A DNA stretch of 64,000 nucleotides. It comes from an uncultured Ruminococcus sp. (lineage in GTDB: Bacteria; Bacillota; Clostridia; Oscillospirales; Ruminococcaceae). A program made the position numbers and the translations under genes. Shown here in pieces: positions 52,398 to 62,678 of the stretch (positions are counted from its first letter, which is position 1; each line of letters begins with the position of its first letter). The DNA is taken from contig CADAES010000017.1 in NCBI GenBank assembly GCA_902786975.1, forward strand, positions 7,998 through 71,997. The letters run 5' to 3'. The notes beneath the pieces were generated by a model. The model worked only from the letters and a program-made list of their open reading frames with translations, searched no databases and was not told the DNA's origin.

Positions 52398-52427
52398 AAC
52401 AAAAAGAGCTGCCGTTTTGCGGGCAGC
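52398..52427 (-). terminator. intrinsic terminator of the aldo/keto reductase gene
   Basis: GCTGCC/GGCAGC stem followed by UCUUUUUGUU on the minus strand. Confidence 0.6.
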
Positions 52428-52436
52428 CCTTTGTGT

Positions 52437-53405
52437 TCAGATCCTGTTTTCGAGAAATGCTACGGTCTTTGCGTCGTATCTGAGGTCCTGTGCGGACATA
52501 TCCTCCTCTATCTGCCACGTTCTCGATGCGGCAAACACAGACGTTACAAAAAACGGCTGGCTCGAAAGATATCCGATAGGTATCATTGCCGGTGAATCGC
52601 CAGTCTGGCGGCTCAGCTCCTTCACCCTCGCAAGTCTTGCAAGGTTAGCTGTGCTGGCATATTGTCCCTCGGGGAGATACTGTGCGGTGTCGCCCTTTGC
52701 AAGTCTTGCAAAGAAGCCCTTGGCCTGCGGCGAGAACGCCATAAGCGGGAAATTGTTGCTGCTGTACCACCGGAATTCCTTAGTGTCCATACATACCAGC
52801 GTCGGGTCGCCGAGTATGCTTGAGCTTGCGTGTGCAAGGCTGTAATATATCTGGCTTATCCTTATCGGCTCAAGTCCGTTCTTGTTCGCAAAATCATTGG
52901 CTGCCTGTATCCTTTCGCAGCTCCAGTTTGAAACGCCGATAAAATGCGCCTTTCCGCTTTGGTAGATATCGTTGAGCACAGGCATTATCTCCTCGACCGG
53001 GACACGGACATCGTCTCTGTGCAGGAAGAATATATCGACGTGGTCGGTGCCGAGACATTCAAGGCTGTCGCTGATATCCTTTTCAAGGTCTTCCCTGCTC
53101 AGACGATTCTCGTCCATATGACCCATTGCGGGATGTCCGCCCTTGGTCGCAAGGACGATCTTGTCACGGTTGTTCCTTGCTTTCATCCAGCGTCCGATAA
53201 CGCCTTCGCTGGAATTGTGCCCGTCCTCCAGCCAGTCGCAGTACACCCTCGCAGTGTCGATGCACCAGCCGCCGTTGTTGATATATGTATCCAGTAGTTC
53301 AAAATATACTTCGTCGTTGTCGTGCCTTTTGAAATCTCCCGTACCGAAAGTCAGTGCGGGAAGCTTTATTTCATATTTGTCGTTTTTAAGTGTATAGCTT
53401 ATCAT
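52437..53405 (-). CDS. aldo/keto reductase
   Basis: 322 aa AKR fold (DTARVY...LATKGG...GVSNW). Confidence 0.9.
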   Translation of the reverse strand: MISYTLKNDKYEIKLPALTFGTGDFKRHDNDEVYFELLDTYINNGGWCIDTARVYCDWLEDGHNSSEGVIGRWMKARNNRDKIVLATKGGHPAMGHMDENRLSREDLEKDISDSLECLGTDHVDIFFLHRDDVRVPVEEIMPVLNDIYQSGKAHFIGVSNWSCERIQAANDFANKNGLEPIRISQIYYSLAHASSSILGDPTLVCMDTKEFRWYSSNNFPLMAFSPQAKGFFARLAKGDTAQYLPEGQYASTANLARLARVKELSRQTGDSPAMIPIGYLSSQPFFVTSVFAASRTWQIEEDMSAQDLRYDAKTVAFLENRI

Positions 53406-53564
53406 TCTTACGCCCCCATCATAGTCACTGTTCTGTTTTTCTGATTATATCATAAACTTTACTGCAATTTCAAAATTTTCTGTTAATTTATTCACAACAT
53501 ATTGATACAACAAATATATGCCTTTGTTACAATACTTATGAGAATAAACAATGGAGGTGCTCTT

Positions 53565-53822
53565 ATGGAGAATATTGAATACAGGTACGACACACAGCTT
53601 CTTATCGACGCTCAGGGACTCGACGAGGACGAGGTGAGCGAATACTTTGAGAAGAATTTTAAAGGCGACTGTCTGCTCGCTATCGGAGATGACGAAGTGA
53701 TGAAGATACACTATCACACCAACGAGCCGTGGAAGGTGCTTGAATACTGTGCGACTCTCGGAGAGATATACGACATAGTTGTTGAGGATATGGACAGGCA
53801 GGCAAGAGGTCTGAAAGGCTGA
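53565..53822 (+). CDS. stand-alone small protein resembling the C-terminal domain of DAK2-fusion protein YloV
   Basis: 85 aa from MENIEYRY after a GGAGGTG SD. Contains GDDEVMKIHYHTNEPWKVLE and VVEDMDRQ motifs. Confidence 0.5.
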   Translation: MENIEYRYDTQLLIDAQGLDEDEVSEYFEKNFKGDCLLAIGDDEVMKIHYHTNEPWKVLEYCATLGEIYDIVVEDMDRQARGLKG

Positions 53823-53868
53823 GTTTTCTGACCTGATATCGGTTTTTCGGTTTTTTTGCAAAAAACAC

Positions 53869-53897
53869 TTGACAAGTAACTTTACTTGATATATAAT
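53869..53897 (+). promoter_or_regulatory. consensus sigma-A promoter of the ylxM-ffh-rpsP-KH operon
   Basis: TTGACA, 17-nt spacer, TATAAT. Confidence 0.7.
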
Positions 53898-53954
53898 AGG
53901 TAATGTTGTAAAGCTTTCAGACTTTACATTCACTTTGCAAGGGAGGCGGCTTTG

Positions 53955-54356
53955 ATGAGCAAGAATCTTGATATGTGCAGGCTTCTTGACCTTTACGGCT
54001 GTCTGCTTACCGAAAAGCAATTCGATATAATGGACTTTTACTATAACGACGATCTCTCACTCGGCGAGATAGCCGACCACTACGAAATATCCAGACAGGG
54101 CGTTCACGATGCTATCAAGCGCGGAGATGAGGCTCTGACGGAATACGAGGAAAGGCTCGGGCTTCTCAAAGCCGAGCAGGAGCGCAGAGATGAGATAGCC
54201 GGTTTCAGGGAGCTGGCACTCGCCGCTTTCAACGAGTGCAACGCTCATCGTTCTTTCCGTAATGTCGCTGAAAAGATAGTTGTTTTGCTCGAGACTTTCG
54301 ACGAAAAGCTTGAAGAATACGAAAATCCTGCGCCCACCGAGGAAAAGCAGGATTGA
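53955..54356 (+). CDS. ylxM: YlxM/p13-like HTH protein (UPF0122)
   Basis: Conserved LTEKQ...YYNDDLSLGEIA...ISRQGVHD, directly upstream of ffh. GGGAGG SD before the ATG. Confidence 0.85.
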   Translation: MSKNLDMCRLLDLYGCLLTEKQFDIMDFYYNDDLSLGEIADHYEISRQGVHDAIKRGDEALTEYEERLGLLKAEQERRDEIAGFRELALAAFNECNAHRSFRNVAEKIVVLLETFDEKLEEYENPAPTEEKQD

Positions 54357-54371
54357 TACAGGAGGATATAT

Positions 54372-55754
54372 ATGGCGTTTGAAGGACTTTCCGAAAAACT
54401 TAATGGCGTGTTCAAGCGTCTTAAATCAAGAGGACGCCTCAGCGAGTCTGATGTCAAGGAGGCTATGCGTGAGGTCAAGATGGCTCTGCTTGAAGCCGAT
54501 GTCAGCTACAAGGTAGTCAAGGACTTTATCAGCAGTGTTTCAGAGCGTGCTGTCGGTGAGGACGTACTCAAGAGCCTTACTCCGGGACAGCAGGTAATTA
54601 AGATAGTTCACGAGGAGCTTATCAAGCTCATGGGCGAGGCTAACGCCAAGATAAATTTTCCAAGCAAGCCGCCGTGTATTATAATGATGTGCGGACTTCA
54701 GGGTTCAGGTAAGACTACCCACGCAGCTAAGCTCGCAAAGATGTTCAAGGAGCAGAACAAGCGTCCACTTCTCATAGCTGCGGACGTTTACAGACCTGCT
54801 GCTATCGAACAGCTGAAGGTCGTCGGCGCAAAGGCTGAAGTACCGGTATTTGAAATGGGTCAGATAGACCCCAGGAAGATCGTAAAGGAAGGCATCAAGC
54901 ATGCCAAGGATTACGGTCACGACCTGGTGATAATAGATACAGCAGGACGTCTTCATATCGACGAGGAGCTGATGAACGAGCTCAAGGATATCAAGGCTAT
55001 CGCTGAACCTAACGAGATAATGCTCGTTGTCGATGCGATGATAGGTCAGGACGCAGTCAAGGTCGCTTCAAGCTTTGACGAGGCACTTGGTATCGACAGC
55101 GTTATACTTACAAAGCTCGATTCAGACACCCGTGGCGGTGCGGCACTTTCCGTGCTTGCTGTTACAGGTAAGCCGATCAAATTCGTGGGCATGGGCGAAA
55201 AGCTGGGCGAGTTTGAGCCGTTCCACCCCGAAAGAATGGCATCGAGAATACTTGGAATGGGCGATATGCTCACCCTTATCGAAAAGGCTACACAGACCAT
55301 TGACGAGAAGGAAGCCAAGAAGCTTGCCGACAAGATGCAGGAAAAAGGCTTTGACCTCAACGACCTTCTCGACCAGATGAGACAGATACAGAAGATGGGC
55401 TCGATGAAGTCGCTTATCAGACTTCTCCCAGGCGTTGGAAAGATCGACGACGAACAGCTCGAACAGGGCGAGATACAGCTCAGAAAGACCGAGGCTATGA
55501 TAAACTCGATGACCAAGGCCGAGCGTGAGAAGCCGTCGATAATCGACCCGAAGAGAAAGCGCAGGATCGCTGCCGGTAGCGGTACGCAGGTGCAGGACAT
55601 CAACCAGCTTCTGAAGCAGTTTGAACAGATGCAGAAGATGATGAAGCAGTTTGGCATCGGCGGAAAGCTTCACGGAAAGAAAGCCAAGATGAACAGAGCT
55701 GCTCTGCTCAAAGGACTCGGCGGAGTTGACCCTAACACATTCCCAAAACAGTAA
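54372..55754 (+). CDS. ffh: signal recognition particle protein Ffh
   Basis: NG domain GLQGSGKTT...DTAGR...TKLD and a Met-rich M domain. Confidence 0.97.
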   Translation: MAFEGLSEKLNGVFKRLKSRGRLSESDVKEAMREVKMALLEADVSYKVVKDFISSVSERAVGEDVLKSLTPGQQVIKIVHEELIKLMGEANAKINFPSKPPCIIMMCGLQGSGKTTHAAKLAKMFKEQNKRPLLIAADVYRPAAIEQLKVVGAKAEVPVFEMGQIDPRKIVKEGIKHAKDYGHDLVIIDTAGRLHIDEELMNELKDIKAIAEPNEIMLVVDAMIGQDAVKVASSFDEALGIDSVILTKLDSDTRGGAALSVLAVTGKPIKFVGMGEKLGEFEPFHPERMASRILGMGDMLTLIEKATQTIDEKEAKKLADKMQEKGFDLNDLLDQMRQIQKMGSMKSLIRLLPGVGKIDDEQLEQGEIQLRKTEAMINSMTKAEREKPSIIDPKRKRRIAAGSGTQVQDINQLLKQFEQMQKMMKQFGIGGKLHGKKAKMNRAALLKGLGGVDPNTFPKQ

Positions 55755-55814
55755 GTCGTTAAATATCAAAACAGATATTTATGATACAAGTTCACATTCG
55801 GAGGTGAAATCACA

Positions 55815-56054
55815 ATGGCAGTAAAGATCAGACTCAGAAGGATCGGCGCTAAGAAGGCTCCTTTCTACAGAGTTGTAGTTGCAGATTCCAGATATCCAAG
55901 AGACGGACGCTGCATCGAGGAGCTCGGATACTACGATCCTACCAAGGAACCCTCTGTATTCAAGGTAGACGCTGAAAAGGCTAACGCATGGATAGCAAGA
56001 GGTGCTCAGCCGACTGATACAGTTAAGGCACTCTTCAAGAAGAACAACATCTGA
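55815..56054 (+). CDS. rpsP: 30S ribosomal protein S16
   Basis: [26 protein letters not shown]. Confidence 0.97.
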   Translation: MAVKIRLRRIGAKKAPFYRVVVADSRYPRDGRCIEELGYYDPTKEPSVFKVDAEKANAWIARGAQPTDTVKALFKKNNI

Positions 56055-56155
56055 GATGCTGTTTCAAAAAACCAGTAAGGCACTTATCCCACCGCCGCCT
56101 TACCGGTTTTCTCGGTGGGAACACCGCATTTTGTGGGAGAATGGAGAAATACTGA

Positions 56156-56389
56156 ATGGAAAACTTACTCAGGACCATTGTTTCGGAGCTTGTTGAAAAC
56201 AAGGACGCTGTTGAGGTCACTGTTGACGAGCCCAACGAGGAAGGCGTTATTGTTTACCACCTGCACGTTGCACAGGAAGATATGGGACGTGTCATCGGTA
56301 AGCAGGGTCGTATAGCAAAGGCTATCAGAGTTGTTATGAGAGCCAGCGCTTCAAGGAACGATCAGAAGATAATGGTCGAGATAGACTGA
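56156..56389 (+). CDS. KH domain RNA-binding protein (YlqC/UPF0109)
   Basis: GRVIGKQGRIAKAIR KH motif; follows rpsP. Confidence 0.9.
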   Translation: MENLLRTIVSELVENKDAVEVTVDEPNEEGVIVYHLHVAQEDMGRVIGKQGRIAKAIRVVMRASASRNDQKIMVEID

Positions 56390-56398
56390 TAAAAATAT

Positions 56399-56429
56399 AG
56401 GCTTCGCAGATGCGAAGCCTTTTTCTTTT
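56399..56429. terminator. intrinsic terminator (usable in both directions)
   Basis: aggcttcgc/gcgaagcct stem followed by TTTTCTTTT, with an A-rich left flank. Confidence 0.8.
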
Positions 56430-56448
56430 ATATTCGTATCGGAACTGG

Positions 56449-56772
56449 TCATTCAGCGGTGTGGCTGTCTCCTTTGTTATTCGGTATCGCCCTGCACAAA
56501 AATCTGAAAACAATAATTGCTATCAGTATCGTGAACAGATCGGCAAACAGAGCGATAAATCCGGTCAGCAATACACCCAGGATAAAAGCAGGTATAGCTG
56601 CGAGATAGCCGAATATCCTTAGCCCGACACCCAGCTTTCTGCGAGATGTTTTTCTCATCAGCAGAGTGCCGATAAAGATGAATATGACACCGAACACAAA
56701 GCCGCCGATAACTGCGGCTACGATCGCAGAAAATATTGCTGCCGTTACTCCCAGTACAGGTATTATCGCCAT
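56449..56772 (-). CDS. small membrane protein
   Basis: About 107 aa from MAIIPVLG after an AGGGGTGG SD, with 3 TM helices. Confidence 0.6.
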   Translation of the reverse strand: MAIIPVLGVTAAIFSAIVAAVIGGFVFGVIFIFIGTLLMRKTSRRKLGVGLRIFGYLAAIPAFILGVLLTGFIALFADLFTILIAIIVFRFLCRAIPNNKGDSHTAE

Positions 56773-56785
56773 GGAAGCGCCACCC

Positions 56786-57211
56786 CTATTTGTCCTTATT
56801 TTTGCGCCTGTGGTCAAGGTAGGATTCAAGGATAATGCTCGCCGCAACGGTGTCTACGACCGCTTTTCTCGCCTTTCCACGTACATTTGTGGTATTGAGG
56901 ATATTGTGTGCGGTGACTGTTGTTGAACGCTCGTCCCACATCTCAACTGGACAATCGACAAGCTCCTTGAGCATCTGCGCAAAAGCCTCACATTTCTCGG
57001 CTCTGGGGCCTCTCGTTCCGTTCATATTTATCGGCAGACCCACTACGATAAGCTCTGCTCCCTTCTCCTTTGCCGAGTCGGCGACCTTTTGTGCAAGCCT
57101 TTCGGCGTTCCTCTCGGTCACCGTCCCGACAGGCGTTGCAAGAAACTCAGTTCTGTCGCTTATCGCAAGACCTGTGCGTGTGTCGCCGTAGTCTACTGCA
57201 AGTATCTTCAT
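56786..57211 (-). CDS. ruvX: putative pre-16S rRNA nuclease / Holliday junction resolvase-like YqgF
   Basis: MKILAVDYGDTRTGLAISD... YqgF family. Confidence 0.92.
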   Translation of the reverse strand: MKILAVDYGDTRTGLAISDRTEFLATPVGTVTERNAERLAQKVADSAKEKGAELIVVGLPINMNGTRGPRAEKCEAFAQMLKELVDCPVEMWDERSTTVTAHNILNTTNVRGKARKAVVDTVAASIILESYLDHRRKNKDK

Positions 57212-57391
57212 CGCTTTCCCTCCCTGTCAGACAGCTTGTTGTGCAAAGTATAGCACAACTGCAAAGCAAAGTCAAATGGGAATAGATAAAAATATTAAAA
57301 AATTCCGTTTTGTAACCCTCTTTTTGTTGACATTACAGTATATATTATGCTATAATATTTTTAATTAGTGATAGAAAGCAGGAGTGTCCGA

Positions 57392-58369
57392 ATGTCTGTT
57401 TTCAAACTGTGTCCTGTATTCAAGGACTACATCTGGGGCGGTACACGTCTGCGTGACGAATTTGGTAAACAATGCAGCTTTGACAGGGTCGCTGAAAGCT
57501 GGGAGCTTGCCTGCCGGAGCGACGGCTGCTGCACAATCTGCGGCGGCAGATACGACGGTAAAACTCTTGACGAGCTGATACGCCTTGATGGCAAAGAGAT
57601 ACTCGGGCAGAGGTGCAAAGACGGGAACTTCCCGCTGCTTGTCAAGCTGATAGACGCTCACGACGACCTCTCTGTACAAGTCCACCCCGACGACAGATAT
57701 GCTCTTGAACACGAGGGCGATCAGGGCAAGACTGAAATGTGGTATGTGCTCGGATGTGAGAAAGATGCCGGCATAATCTGCGGCTTTGACAGTGAGCTGA
57801 CCAAAAGCGAGCTTGTCAGTGCCATACAGCAGGGCGGGCTTCTTGACAGGGTCAGAAGGTTCAGGGTCAGAAAGGGCGACGCTTTCTTTATACCGTCGGG
57901 AACGCTCCACGCTATCTGCAAAGGCACGCTCGTTGTGGAAATACAGCAGAACTCCAACACCACATACAGAGTGTTTGACTATAACAGGCTCGGACGTGAC
58001 GGAAAGCCGAGGGAGCTTCACACCGACAAAGCCGTCGAGGTCATCAGCACCGAGCCGGCAGAGCCTTTGATAAACTGCGAAGCGGTAAGCTGCGGGAGCT
58101 TCGGATACACAGTGCTTGTGAAGTGCAGATATTTCACGGCGGTCAAGTTCGATACGCAGGACAAGGTGACGCTTCACATCGACGGGCAGAGCTTTGCGCA
58201 TCTGCTTATTCTCGAAGGCAGCTGCTCTGCACAGGGTGTTCAGGCGCAAAAGGGCGACAGTCTTTTTATCACCGCCGCAAGCGGTACGGTAGCGATACAC
58301 GGTCGCTGCAGCTTTATTCTCACACGCACGGGCTGCGAGGAAGGAATTGATAGTCTTGTTGAAAAATAA
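57392..58369 (+). CDS. manA: mannose-6-phosphate isomerase, class I
   Basis: YIWGG, LSVQVHPDD and EMWYV motifs. Start at MSVFKL after the SD AGGAGTGTCCGA. Confidence 0.88.
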   Translation: MSVFKLCPVFKDYIWGGTRLRDEFGKQCSFDRVAESWELACRSDGCCTICGGRYDGKTLDELIRLDGKEILGQRCKDGNFPLLVKLIDAHDDLSVQVHPDDRYALEHEGDQGKTEMWYVLGCEKDAGIICGFDSELTKSELVSAIQQGGLLDRVRRFRVRKGDAFFIPSGTLHAICKGTLVVEIQQNSNTTYRVFDYNRLGRDGKPRELHTDKAVEVISTEPAEPLINCEAVSCGSFGYTVLVKCRYFTAVKFDTQDKVTLHIDGQSFAHLLILEGSCSAQGVQAQKGDSLFITAASGTVAIHGRCSFILTRTGCEEGIDSLVEK

Positions 58370-58673
58370 CGGCAAGGAGTTTTTTATAACATTCATCATC
58401 ACTGCTATTGTCAATCTGTTGTGTATGATGATATACTACTATCTGCGAAAGAACGGGATAATGTTCCAGAGCTTTGACGTTGCAAGGTTCACCACGGTCG
58501 CAATAGTATTTACGGCAGTTGCTGTTGCGATAATCGGTGCGGTAAGGCACAAGAAAAAGAAAAACACCTTTGAGGTGGTAACTATATGCACACTGATATC
58601 GCTGGTCAGCTCGTTTATCGGGTCGGTCGGAGGCGCTGTGATATCGGCAAACCTTTTCGGAAGAATAACCTAA
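58347..58673 (+). CDS. small membrane protein (start uncertain)
   Basis: 3 TM helices. Candidate TTG starts at 58347, 58356 and 58359 overlap the manA 3' end. Confidence 0.5.
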   Translation: MIVLLKNNGKEFFITFIITAIVNLLCMMIYYYLRKNGIMFQSFDVARFTTVAIVFTAVAVAIIGAVRHKKKKNTFEVVTICTLISLVSSFIGSVGGAVISANLFGRIT

Positions 58674-58699
58674 TGTTAAAATATATGGAGGGCTTTTAA

Positions 58700-59665
58700 A
58701 TGAAATACTACATAGGAATCGACCTTGGCGGAACAAATATCAAGGCGGGTGTCGTTAACGAAAACTATGAGATAGTTTCAAAGGCAACGACCAAGACCCT
58801 GCTCCCCCGCCCTGCGGAGGAGATATGTGCTGATATGGCAAAGGTATCTCTTGAGGCTGTACAGCAGGCAGGACTTACACTTGACGACATCGAGTCTGTC
58901 GGCATCGGAACTCCGGGCACCGCAAATTCCGAGACGGGTATAATCGAATACTCAAACAACCTCGGTTTTCTCAACCTCCCTGTTGTGGAGATTATGCAAA
59001 AGCACATCGACAAACCTGTTTATGTTGAGAACGATGCTAATGCTGCGGCTTACGGCGAATTTGTCGCAGGCGCTGCAAAGGGTGCGAACGACGCTGTGTG
59101 CATCACTCTCGGAACAGGCGTTGGCGGAGGAATAATCATCAACGGTAAGATATACTCCGGCTTCAACTTTGCAGGCGCTGAGATAGGTCACACGGTGGTT
59201 GACCCCAACGGTCCGGAATGTACCTGCGGAAGAAAGGGCTGCTTTGAGGTGTTCTCCTCGGCTACAGGCCTTGTGAGAATGACTAAGGAAGCAATGTATG
59301 AGGACAAGTCCTCTATCATGTGGAAGATGAACGAGGAGGACGGAAAGGTATCAGCAAGGACTGCTTTCAACGCTATGAGAGCAGGCGACAGAGCCGGAAA
59401 GGCTGTCGTTGACAAGTACATCAAGTATCTTGCATGCGGTATCACAAATACGATAAACATTTTCCAGCCGGATATCCTTTGCATCGGCGGAGGCGTTTGC
59501 AACGAGGGCGACCCGCTGCTGCTGCCTCTGAAGGAGCTTGTTGCAAAAGAGGTTTACACCAAGAATTCGGCTAAGAACACCGAGATCGTTATCGCAAAGC
59601 TGGGCAACGATGCAGGAATAATCGGTGCGGCATTCCTCGGTCAGGACCATAAAGGAGGAAACTGA
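58700..59665 (+). CDS. glcK: ROK family glucokinase
   Basis: IGIDLGGTNIK and the ROK Zn motif CxCGxxGC (CTCGRKGC). Confidence 0.9.
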   Translation: MKYYIGIDLGGTNIKAGVVNENYEIVSKATTKTLLPRPAEEICADMAKVSLEAVQQAGLTLDDIESVGIGTPGTANSETGIIEYSNNLGFLNLPVVEIMQKHIDKPVYVENDANAAAYGEFVAGAAKGANDAVCITLGTGVGGGIIINGKIYSGFNFAGAEIGHTVVDPNGPECTCGRKGCFEVFSSATGLVRMTKEAMYEDKSSIMWKMNEEDGKVSARTAFNAMRAGDRAGKAVVDKYIKYLACGITNTINIFQPDILCIGGGVCNEGDPLLLPLKELVAKEVYTKNSAKNTEIVIAKLGNDAGIIGAAFLGQDHKGGN

Positions 59666-59666
59666 T

Positions 59667-60281
59667 ATGGGATTTTTCGATAAGGTGAAGGATTTTCTCG
59701 ATGACGGCAAGATAAACGGATCTACACAGCAGCCGCAGCAGACTAATTATCAGCCGCCGGTACAGCCTGTTCAGCCTCCGCAGGAGCAGCCACAACAGGT
59801 TCAGCCTGCACAAAATGAAAATGACAACTTGGCGAGGGCTAATGAAATTGTAGATAATATCAATAAGATGAAAGCACAGGCAGGCATTGATACAAATGCC
59901 GCTGCCAATTCAGAAGATGACAGAACGATCGAGGCAGGAGAAACGGTAACGGTAAATGTAGGCTTTGACAGCCCCGTAGCATATGCCGATAAGGACAAGG
60001 TGCCTGTAAGATTCACTTTAAAGGGTACAGTCACAGTTGAAATGGTAGACTACACGCAAAGATACAATAAGATACAGGATCTGCTGAATAAGTATATCAG
60101 AGGTGAAGTCTTTAGTAACATCCCTGCCAAAAGGCCAAAGGCAAATGAACTTGGAGGAATCGCAAAAGCTGCAGAGAGTTCTTTACAGAATATTTCCAAT
60201 TATATATCTTTCCTTAGATTTAAAAGTGCAAGCATACAGATAGTCGGCCGGGAGGTTCTCGGAGAACAGCCTATGCTGTAA
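59667..60281 (+). CDS. hypothetical protein with a Pro/Gln-rich N-terminus (paralog A), possibly SPFH/YdjI-like
   Basis: Starts MGFFDKVKDFLDDGKINGSTQQPQQTNYQPPVQ after an AAGGAGGA SD. The family call is weak. Confidence 0.6.
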   Translation: MGFFDKVKDFLDDGKINGSTQQPQQTNYQPPVQPVQPPQEQPQQVQPAQNENDNLARANEIVDNINKMKAQAGIDTNAAANSEDDRTIEAGETVTVNVGFDSPVAYADKDKVPVRFTLKGTVTVEMVDYTQRYNKIQDLLNKYIRGEVFSNIPAKRPKANELGGIAKAAESSLQNISNYISFLRFKSASIQIVGREVLGEQPML

Positions 60282-60296
60282 CAGGAGGTCAGCATC

Positions 60297-60803
60297 ATGG
60301 GATTTTTAGATAAGGTCAAGGATTTTCTTGACGACGGAAAGATAAACGGATCAACACAGCAGCCGCAGCAGACTAATTATCAGCCGCCGGTACAGGCTCC
60401 GCAGGAGCAGCCACAACAGGTCCAGCCGACACAGACACAGACAGCTGTATCAAATACCCTTGAAGTAGGAACGACGATAACAGCCAAGTTTGGCACACCG
60501 TATCCCGTACCATACAAAGAGCCCGACGGCAGTGTTTCATATGTCCGTGCATCAGGAAATATGACACTGGTCATTAAAGCGGAAGGTTTCACAGAAGAAA
60601 TGCTGAATAATGCTGTTGCTCCTATGGTTTCAGAAGAGCTTATCAAAGAACTTGCACGACGCAGCTCAGACGGTATCCGTTCAAACCAGCTGCATATGCA
60701 TCATCGTGAAATGGGAGAGAATATAGTGAAGAACCTCCAGCTCAATTCGGCAGAGGTACGGAGCATTTCTTTTGCAAACATTGTAGCTTCAGCCGAGCGC
60801 TGA
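60297..60803 (+). CDS. hypothetical protein with a Pro/Gln-rich N-terminus (paralog B)
   Basis: Its first ~33 aa are almost identical to paralog A; the C-terminal domain diverges. CAGGAGG SD. Confidence 0.6.
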   Translation: MGFLDKVKDFLDDGKINGSTQQPQQTNYQPPVQAPQEQPQQVQPTQTQTAVSNTLEVGTTITAKFGTPYPVPYKEPDGSVSYVRASGNMTLVIKAEGFTEEMLNNAVAPMVSEELIKELARRSSDGIRSNQLHMHHREMGENIVKNLQLNSAEVRSISFANIVASAER

Positions 60804-60974
60804 TGCTGCGGTGAGCAACAATAATTTTTAAGGATATTTTTTAATAACATATATCCACGACTCACACCCCACCTGCCTGTAAGGTGACAGTGATACTGTT
60901 CACCAAATAAATAATGAGTGAAACTGTAACAAACACTGCTTGTTTTGCCGTGGATCTGAAAGAAGGTAATTATT

Positions 60975-62654
60975 ATGTCAGAATGCAAAGACTGTAAGAA
61001 TTATTTTTGCGAGGGCGTTGACAAGGCTCCACAGAGGTCGCTGTTCAATGCACTGGGACTTACGAAAGAGGAAATGGACAGACCGCTGGTAGGTATTGTT
61101 TCTTCGTTCAACGAGATAGTTCCGGGTCATATGAACATCGACAAGATCGTTGAGGCTGTCAAGCTCGGCGTCGCTATGGCAGGCGGAACTCCTATCGTGT
61201 TCCCCGCTATCGCTGTGTGCGACGGTATCGCAATGGGTCATGTCGGTATGAAGTATTCGCTCGTTACTCGTGACCTTATCGCAGATTCGACCGAGTGTAT
61301 GGCGCTGGCTCATCACTTTGACGCACTGGTAATGGTGCCTAACTGCGATAAGAACGTTCCGGGACTGCTTATGGCAGCTGCGAGAGTGAACGTTCCGACT
61401 GTGTTCGTTTCGGGCGGACCGATGCTCGCAGGTCACGTCAAAGGCTCAAAGACTTCCCTTTCAAGCATGTTCGAGGCTGTGGGTACTTACAACGCAGGCA
61501 AGTTCACGCTTGATGACGTCGAGGAATATGAAAACAAGGCTTGTCCTACCTGCGGCTCCTGCTCGGGTATGTACACGGCTAACTCTATGAACTGTCTGAC
61601 CGAGGTGCTCGGAATGGGTCTGAAAGGAAACGGAACTATCCCGGCTGTTTATTCGGACAGGATAAAGCTCGCAAAGCACGCAGGAATGCAGGTAATGGAG
61701 CTTCTTAAAAAGAACATCAGACCTCGTGACATAATGACCGAGGACGCTTTCAGAAACGCTATCGCTGCGGATATGGCTCTTGGCTGCTCGACGAATTCGA
61801 TGCTGCACCTGCCCGCTATCGCTCACGAATGCGGTATCGAACTTGACCTGGATATGGTCAACGAGATAAGCGAAAGGACTCCGAACATCTGTCACCTTGC
61901 TCCCGCAGGTCACGCTTATATGGAGGACCTCAACGAAGCAGGCGGCGTTTATGCAGTGCTTAATGAGCTGGCTAAGAAGTCGCTTATCAACACCGACTGC
62001 CTCACCTGCACAGGAAAGACTGTCGGCGAGAACATCAAGGGCTGTGTCAACAAGAACCACGATATAATCAGAGATATTGACGACCCGTATATGCCAAACG
62101 GCGGTATCGCTGTGCTCAAGGGCAACCTTGCTCCCGATACCTGCGTTGTAAAGAGAAGCGCAGTTGCTCCGGAGATGCTCAAGCACGAAGGTCCCGCAAG
62201 AGTGTTCGACAGCGAAGAAGAAGCTATCGAGGCTATAAGAGGCGGAAAGATAGTTGACGGCGACGTTGTTGTCATCAGATATGAAGGTCCTAAGGGCGGT
62301 CCTGGAATGAGAGAGATGCTCAACCCGACATCTGCTATAAGCGGTATGGGTCTTGGCTCAACAGTTGCACTCATCACCGACGGACGTTTCAGCGGCGCAA
62401 CAAGAGGTGCGGCTATCGGCCACGTTTCTCCCGAGGCTGCTCTCGGCGGAACGATCGCTCTGGTTCAGGAGGGCGACATCATCGCAATAGATATCAACGC
62501 TCACAGCATCCAGCTCAAGGTCTCCGACGAGGAGCTTGCGCAAAGAAGAAAGAACTGGGTTCCGAGAGAGCCGAAGATAAAAACAGGCTACCTTGCAAGG
62601 TATGCATCACTGGTGACATCTGCCAACAGGGGTGCGGTACTTGAGATAAAATAA
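60975..62654 (+). CDS. ilvD: dihydroxy-acid dehydratase
   Basis: 559 aa IlvD/Edd family ([23 protein letters not shown]). Confidence 0.97.
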   Translation: MSECKDCKNYFCEGVDKAPQRSLFNALGLTKEEMDRPLVGIVSSFNEIVPGHMNIDKIVEAVKLGVAMAGGTPIVFPAIAVCDGIAMGHVGMKYSLVTRDLIADSTECMALAHHFDALVMVPNCDKNVPGLLMAAARVNVPTVFVSGGPMLAGHVKGSKTSLSSMFEAVGTYNAGKFTLDDVEEYENKACPTCGSCSGMYTANSMNCLTEVLGMGLKGNGTIPAVYSDRIKLAKHAGMQVMELLKKNIRPRDIMTEDAFRNAIAADMALGCSTNSMLHLPAIAHECGIELDLDMVNEISERTPNICHLAPAGHAYMEDLNEAGGVYAVLNELAKKSLINTDCLTCTGKTVGENIKGCVNKNHDIIRDIDDPYMPNGGIAVLKGNLAPDTCVVKRSAVAPEMLKHEGPARVFDSEEEAIEAIRGGKIVDGDVVVIRYEGPKGGPGMREMLNPTSAISGMGLGSTVALITDGRFSGATRGAAIGHVSPEAALGGTIALVQEGDIIAIDINAHSIQLKVSDEELAQRRKNWVPREPKIKTGYLARYASLVTSANRGAVLEIK

Positions 62655-62678
62655 TCATTATCTGGGAGGAAAAATATC

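Noticed and set aside
58386-58388. A second possible AUA start codon (AAGGAG SD 7 nt upstream) for the 58347-58673 membrane protein
   Set aside because: In-frame TTG codons at 58356 and 58359, preceded by a GAGGAAGGA SD, offer a conventional explanation. It is therefore not counted as support for non-canonical initiation.
60804-60974. Possible leader, attenuator or T-box upstream of ilvD
   Set aside because: Only weak hairpins are seen, with no terminator, no leader peptide rich in Ile/Leu/Val, and no T-box motifs.
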